DNA from: Ktedonobacterales bacterium
GTDB lineage: Bacteria; Chloroflexota; Ktedonobacteria; Ktedonobacterales; JADMIN01
DNA: 32,000 nucleotides
Assembly: GCA_030167145.1 (NCBI GenBank)
Contig: CP126532.1
Location: 1,650,001 to 1,682,000 of the forward strand
Direction of reading: 5' to 3'
This document shows positions 27,813-32,000 of the stretch, one piece after another (position 1 is the first letter of the stretch; the number at the start of each line of letters is the position of its first letter). A program made the translations under genes and the position numbers. A model generated the notes under the pieces. It had not been told where the DNA came from, searched no databases, and saw only the letters and a list, made by a program, of their open reading frames with translations.

Positions 27813-27835
27813 AACCCGCGACGGCGGGTTTTGTG
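27813..27835 (+). terminator. Candidate intrinsic terminator
   Basis: AACCCGC-GACG-GCGGGTT followed by TTGTGG. The U-tract is short. Confidence 0.4.
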
Positions 27836-28058
27836 GCCGACAGGCCTTCAGGCGCGGTTTCAACCGCCCGCTCCCTCGCGCATCACGTAGCCGATGGTAG
27901 GCGCGACTCGACGTTTCACGCCCGCATGGGATACCCTACACTGTAATATGGACGCTGCCATGCGAGTCGAAGCGGCGCGGAACAAATACCCGCGTCGCAC
28001 GTCTGGGTAGATGGGCATGGCACACGACGGACGCGGTTTATAGCGAGGGACCGAACTG

Positions 28059-30788
28059 ATGGGCGAACTCTTCGTGTGGTGGCTCGCGCTTGAGGTGATC
28101 GGCCTCGTCGCGCTGCCACTCACCGCCACGTTGTTCGCCAACCTGCCCGATCGCGGGTGGGCGCTCAGCAAGCCGCTGGGCCTGCTGCTCTTCGGGTGGC
28201 TGGTTTGGTTCCCGCTGGCCGCTATCTCCGCGCTCCCCTACTCCCCCGCCTGGATCATCGGCGTCTTTCTGGTGTTCGCCGCTGGCAACGCGCTGCTCGT
28301 GCGCCGTAACGTGGAGCTGCGCGCGGCCTTCCGGCGGCTGCTCGTGCGCGGGCGGGGATATATCATCGCGAGCGAAGCGATCTTCGCGGGGGCGTTCGCC
28401 TTCATGGCGTGGCTGCGCTCCTTCACGCCGGACGTGCGCGACACCGAGAAGTTCATGGATGTCGCTTTCCTCAGTTCGCTGTGGCGCGCGGGACATCTGC
28501 CCGCTCCGGACCCCTGGCTGAGCGGTGAGCCGATCAATTACTACTACTTCGGCCATTTCTTGCTGGCGACACTGGCGAAGGTGCTGGGTCCGCAGCCAGG
28601 GACAGCCTTCAATATCGGCATCGCCGTGGTCTTCGCGCTGGCCGCTGTCGCGATTTTCGGCGTGGCCGCCAATATCGCCGCTGCTGTGGGGCCAGCGGCG
28701 AACGCGCTGCGCCGCGCGATTCCCGCCGGGCTGGCCTCGGCGCTGCTGGTGCTGGTGCTGGGCAACCTGAACGCGGCGCAGACGTGGTGGAAGCTGGCCA
28801 ATGACATCGCGCACGCGCAGCCCGCGCGCTATTCCAGTCCGTGGGCCTTCTGGCTACACCGCGATCTGTGGACGCTGTATGATTGGTGGCCGCCGTCGCG
28901 CGTCATCCCCAACACGATCAACGAGTTTCCCGCGTTCAGCTTCACCCTGGCCGACCTGCACGCGCACATTCTGGCGCTGCCCTTTGCCGCGCTGGCAGTA
29001 GGGCTGGCCTTTAATGTGCTGCTGGCGCGGGGGCAGGGCGTGCGGGCGTTCGGTAGCGGCATGGGCGGCATCCTGGCGCTGCTGGGCACGAGTATCGCGC
29101 TGGGCGGGCTGTATGCGCTCAACGGCTGGGATCTGCCGACGTACCTGGGGCTGGCGCTGCTGGCGCTGGCGATTCAGCAGTGGCTGGCGCATGGGCGCCG
29201 CCTGAGCAGCCTGCTCGGATTCAATCTGTTTACCGCCGCCGTGCTGCTGACCGCCTTCGCCTTCCTGGCCTACCTGCCATTCTATCGCGGCTTCGTCTCC
29301 CCCTCCGAGGGTTTCGCCGGGGTTGCCCTCACCGACCGCACGCCGGTTGGCTACGAATTCGCCATCTTCGGCCTGTTCATCTTCATCCTTGGCTCACTCA
29401 TCGCCGTCTGGCTGGCGCGCATGCTCACGGGCAGAGTTGCCCAGGCGACTGCTGGCGTGGGGACGCAACCCAGCATATGGGCCAGCCTGCACGGGCAAGA
29501 GCGGCGTGCGGCGTGGCTGACGATTGGCATCACGCTGGTGTTGCTGCTGCTATGGACGGCGCGCTCGCCGGAGAATACCGGATGGACGCTGTTCTGGTGC
29601 GCGCTATTCATCCTCGGCTGCGCCGCGCTGGTCTGGCAGCGCATCGCGCCCGCAGCCGCGACATCCGCCAGCGAGAGACGCATGCTCTGGGGCGAGCAGC
29701 AGGCCCGCCGCGCCGAAATCTGGGTGCTGTGTTTGGTGGGCACGTCGGCGGCGCTGGTGGGTGTCTGCGAACTGATCTTCCTGCGCGACATCTTCGGCAC
29801 GCGCATGAATACCGTCTTCAAGCTGTATTTCCAGGCATGGCTGCTGCTCGGAATCGCGAGCGGTCCGGCGCTGGCGTGGCTCTTGGGCATGGCGCGAGGC
29901 GCACTCGCCACGGTCTTCCCGCTGGCTGCGGCGGTGGCCACGCCTGTGCAGGCGAAGGAGGCGGGTCCGACGCTGGCGTTCGCAGGCACAACACGGGCGG
30001 GCGTTGCCACGCCGCCTGAGCCGCCCGCGCAACACGAGCGCGTACAATCAGGAGATGCGGCAGACGCGAATGCTGATGAGACGCTCGTCGTGGAACGTTC
30101 CTCTATCACCGGCGCGAACCGGGCCGTGCGCCAGGCATCCAGCCAGCCGAACATCCCAGCGGCTTTACGTTGGGCGGGCGCAGGCGGTATCCTGATCTGG
30201 ATAGCGTGTCTTGTCGCGCTGGCGGGCGCGGCGCTGATCTATCCGGTGCTGGCGGCTTCGGCGCGCACCCAGAACTTCTCGTTGCCGCGCGGACTGGACG
30301 GCACGGCCTACATGGCGACGGACCCCGTAGACTGGCCAGCGGATTGTTCATTCGTGGGCGCAGGCAGCAACCGCGGCGACAACACCGCCATCGCCTGGCT
30401 CAATACGCATGTTAGTGGCTCGCCGGTGATCGTCGAAGCGCCGGGCTGCGAGTGGACGCGCTACAGCCGCATCTCGGCGTTCACCGGGCTGCCCACGCTG
30501 CTCGGCTGGCCTGGCGGCCACGAAGGCGAGTGGCGCGCGGGCTGGCTAGCTCAGACTGGCGAGACGAATATTTTCGCGGAGCGGCAGAGCGCGATCAACC
30601 AGATCTATACCAATCCCGATGCTGGCGCGGTGCTGGCGCTGCTCCGGCGCTACAACGTTCGATATGTGTACGTCGGCGTGGCAGAGCGCAATCTGTATCC
30701 GCAGGCCGACCTGGGGCGCTTCGGCGCATTTCTACAACAAGTCTATGCGCGCGACGGCGTGACAATCTATGCCGTCCCACAGTCATAA
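28059..30788 (+). CDS. DUF2298 / TIGR03662 'Chlor_Arch_YYY' family polytopic membrane protein
   Basis: 909 aa with many TM helices. The family-defining GEPINYYYFGH motif is present, and the conserved C-terminal block YSRISAFTGLPTLLGWPGHEGEWR. Confidence 0.9.
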   Translation: MGELFVWWLALEVIGLVALPLTATLFANLPDRGWALSKPLGLLLFGWLVWFPLAAISALPYSPAWIIGVFLVFAAGNALLVRRNVELRAAFRRLLVRGRGYIIASEAIFAGAFAFMAWLRSFTPDVRDTEKFMDVAFLSSLWRAGHLPAPDPWLSGEPINYYYFGHFLLATLAKVLGPQPGTAFNIGIAVVFALAAVAIFGVAANIAAAVGPAANALRRAIPAGLASALLVLVLGNLNAAQTWWKLANDIAHAQPARYSSPWAFWLHRDLWTLYDWWPPSRVIPNTINEFPAFSFTLADLHAHILALPFAALAVGLAFNVLLARGQGVRAFGSGMGGILALLGTSIALGGLYALNGWDLPTYLGLALLALAIQQWLAHGRRLSSLLGFNLFTAAVLLTAFAFLAYLPFYRGFVSPSEGFAGVALTDRTPVGYEFAIFGLFIFILGSLIAVWLARMLTGRVAQATAGVGTQPSIWASLHGQERRAAWLTIGITLVLLLLWTARSPENTGWTLFWCALFILGCAALVWQRIAPAAATSASERRMLWGEQQARRAEIWVLCLVGTSAALVGVCELIFLRDIFGTRMNTVFKLYFQAWLLLGIASGPALAWLLGMARGALATVFPLAAAVATPVQAKEAGPTLAFAGTTRAGVATPPEPPAQHERVQSGDAADANADETLVVERSSITGANRAVRQASSQPNIPAALRWAGAGGILIWIACLVALAGAALIYPVLAASARTQNFSLPRGLDGTAYMATDPVDWPADCSFVGAGSNRGDNTAIAWLNTHVSGSPVIVEAPGCEWTRYSRISAFTGLPTLLGWPGGHEGEWRAGWLAQTGETNIFAERQSAINQIYTNPDAGAVLALLRRYNVRYVYVGVAERNLYPQADLGRFGAFLQQVYARDGVTIYAVPQS

Positions 30789-30828
30789 TCTGCAGAGTAG
30801 TGAGGATCGTTTGCAAAAGGGTGGGCAT

Positions 30829-32000
30829 ATGGCGAACGGAGCAGCAAAGCGAAGCATGAAGGCGCGGCGGCGCTCGCAGCGGAACACCCCGCGCGACCAG
30901 CGCATAGGCGACGGACTCGTCCTGTCGGGCGGGGCGGCGGCGCTACCCATGTCAAGCGCCGCACGGGCATCCACGCCGGAGGGATTCGCGTCGTCGGTCT
31001 CCGAACTGCCACCGTCCCCCACCACCGAGCCTGCGGCGACTGAAACGCAGACGCGAGCGAATGGTGCGCGGGACGCGCTGCTGCTGGCGGCTGGGCGGCT
31101 GGGCGACGGTCTGCGCGCCACCGGCCAGCGCATCCGCAATCTGAGCATCGAACAGTGGCTGTGGATCGCGGTGATATTGCTGGGCGCCGTGCTGCGCTTC
31201 TGGGGGCTGGGCGACAAACCGCTGCACCACGACGAGAGCATGCACGCCTACTTCTCGCTGATCTTCGCCGAGAATCCTTCCAGTTACTCCTACGATCCGC
31301 TGCTGCACGGCCCCTTCCAGTTCCACGCCGAAGGGCTGATGTTCGCGATCATCCTCGTCTTGCAACATATCTTCGTGCCGAACCCCGTGGGCAATCCGTG
31401 GATCAACGACACCACGGCGCGCTTCGTACCCGCGCTCTTCGGCATCGGCATCGTGGCGTTGCCCTTCTGGCTGCGGCGCGAGCTAGGGCGCGTGGGCGCG
31501 CTGGTCGCGGCGTTCCTGCTGGCGGTCTCGCCGTCGTTCGTCTATTTCTCGCGCTTTCTGCGCGAAGACATCTATTTCAACTTCTTCATGTTCCTGATGG
31601 TAGTCTGCGCCATCCGCTACGCGCGTGAACGCAGGATGCGCTGGTTCGTCGGTCTCTTTGCGGCGACGATTCTGGCCTACGCTACCTTCGAGGGCATCTT
31701 CCTTACCTTCGTCATCTTCTTCAGCTTCCTGGCCGTTCTGCTCGTCTGGGAGCTGGCCCACAGCCTCGCGCGTGCCTTCGCGCCTGCCTTCACCGAACGC
31801 GAGAGCCTGCTCGTCAGCCGTCTGGCGCTCTTCCTGCTCTTCGGCGCTATCGCCGCTGGCGCGGCCTATATCGCGCTCCACAAGATGAACGAGCTGGCTA
31901 CGTACATCGCAACGAATACGACCAAGACCGATGTGCAGGTGCAGCAGCTTGAGAATACGTCGGTGGCGCTGCTGCTCTATGGCAGCATCGTCATTGCGCT
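30829..32000 (+). CDS. TIGR03663-like (Agl23/GT39-like) membrane protein, 3' end beyond the window
   Basis: Absent from the ORF track because it runs off the right edge. Hand translation from ATG at 30829 is open to the end: ...RFWGLGDKPLHHDESMHAYFSL...HGPFQFH...VSPSFVYFSRFLREDIYFNFF. The PLHHDES block and the adjacency to a YYY protein fit this family as I remember it. Confidence 0.8.
   Translation, partial: MANGAAKRSMKARRRSQRNTPRDQRIGDGLVLSGGAAALPMSSAARASTPEGFASSVSELPPSPTTEPAATETQTRANGARDALLLAAGRLGDGLRATGQRIRNLSIEQWLWIAVILLGAVLRFWGLGDKPLHHDESMHAYFSLIFAENPSSYSYDPLLHGPFQFHAEGLMFAIILVLQHIFVPNPVGNPWINDTTARFVPALFGIGIVALPFWLRRELGRVGALVAAFLLAVSPSFVYFSRFLREDIYFNFFMFLMVVCAIRYARERRMRWFVGLFAATILAYATFEGIFLTFVIFFSFLAVLLVWELAHSLARAFAPAFTERESLLVSRLALFLLFGAIAAGAAYIALHKMNELATYIATNTTKTDVQVQQLENTSVALLLYGSIVIA

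Noticed and set aside
26964-27863. 299-aa minus-strand ORF spanning the repeats
   Set aside because: It is antisense to the DinB-fold gene. Its repetitive peptide segments are just translations of the 12-bp and 37-bp tandem repeats.

Overview
High-G+C bacterial chromosomal window, judged by eye and not computed. It looks like a Chloroflexota-type genome: it carries the 'YYY' DUF2298/TIGR03662 and TIGR03663-like membrane-protein pair, strong Shine-Dalgarno sites and recurrent extended -10 promoters. The lineage call is inference only. Most of the window is ordinary. It holds a gap-pgk-tpiA operon, HU, threonine aldolase, an SBP56 selenium-binding/methanethiol-oxidase-like protein, an amidase, two DinB-fold proteins, a ferritin-like diiron protein, two lipoproteins and a SirB1-like protein. 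A lower-G+C PadR-DUF1048-ABC exporter cassette is also present. I found no rRNA, tRNA or CRISPR array. Five places deserve a second look. (1) A minus-strand module at the left edge combines a 103-aa ORF, a 693-aa helical protein with no enzymatic motif and a Pro-rich tail, and a DinD homologue cut by the window edge. (2) A roughly 690-bp gene-free region (5020-5709) has a near-consensus promoter followed by a stack of tetraloop hairpins, so it may encode a structured RNA. (3) A mosaic accessory islet (14757-17906) contains a decayed 3' remnant of a second DNA methyltransferase, an IS5-like transposase stub, an intact beta-class N6/N4 methyltransferase and a convergent frameshifted PD-(D/E)XK restriction endonuclease. 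(4) A stand-alone PolX N-terminal (8-kDa/HhH) protein sits beside a DinB-fold gene, whose 3' flank carries 12-bp and 37-bp tandem hairpin repeats. (5) An uncharacterised GT-C-type glycosylation-like membrane-protein pair lies at the right edge. No finding could be checked against databases. All family calls come from motif recognition in the translations.
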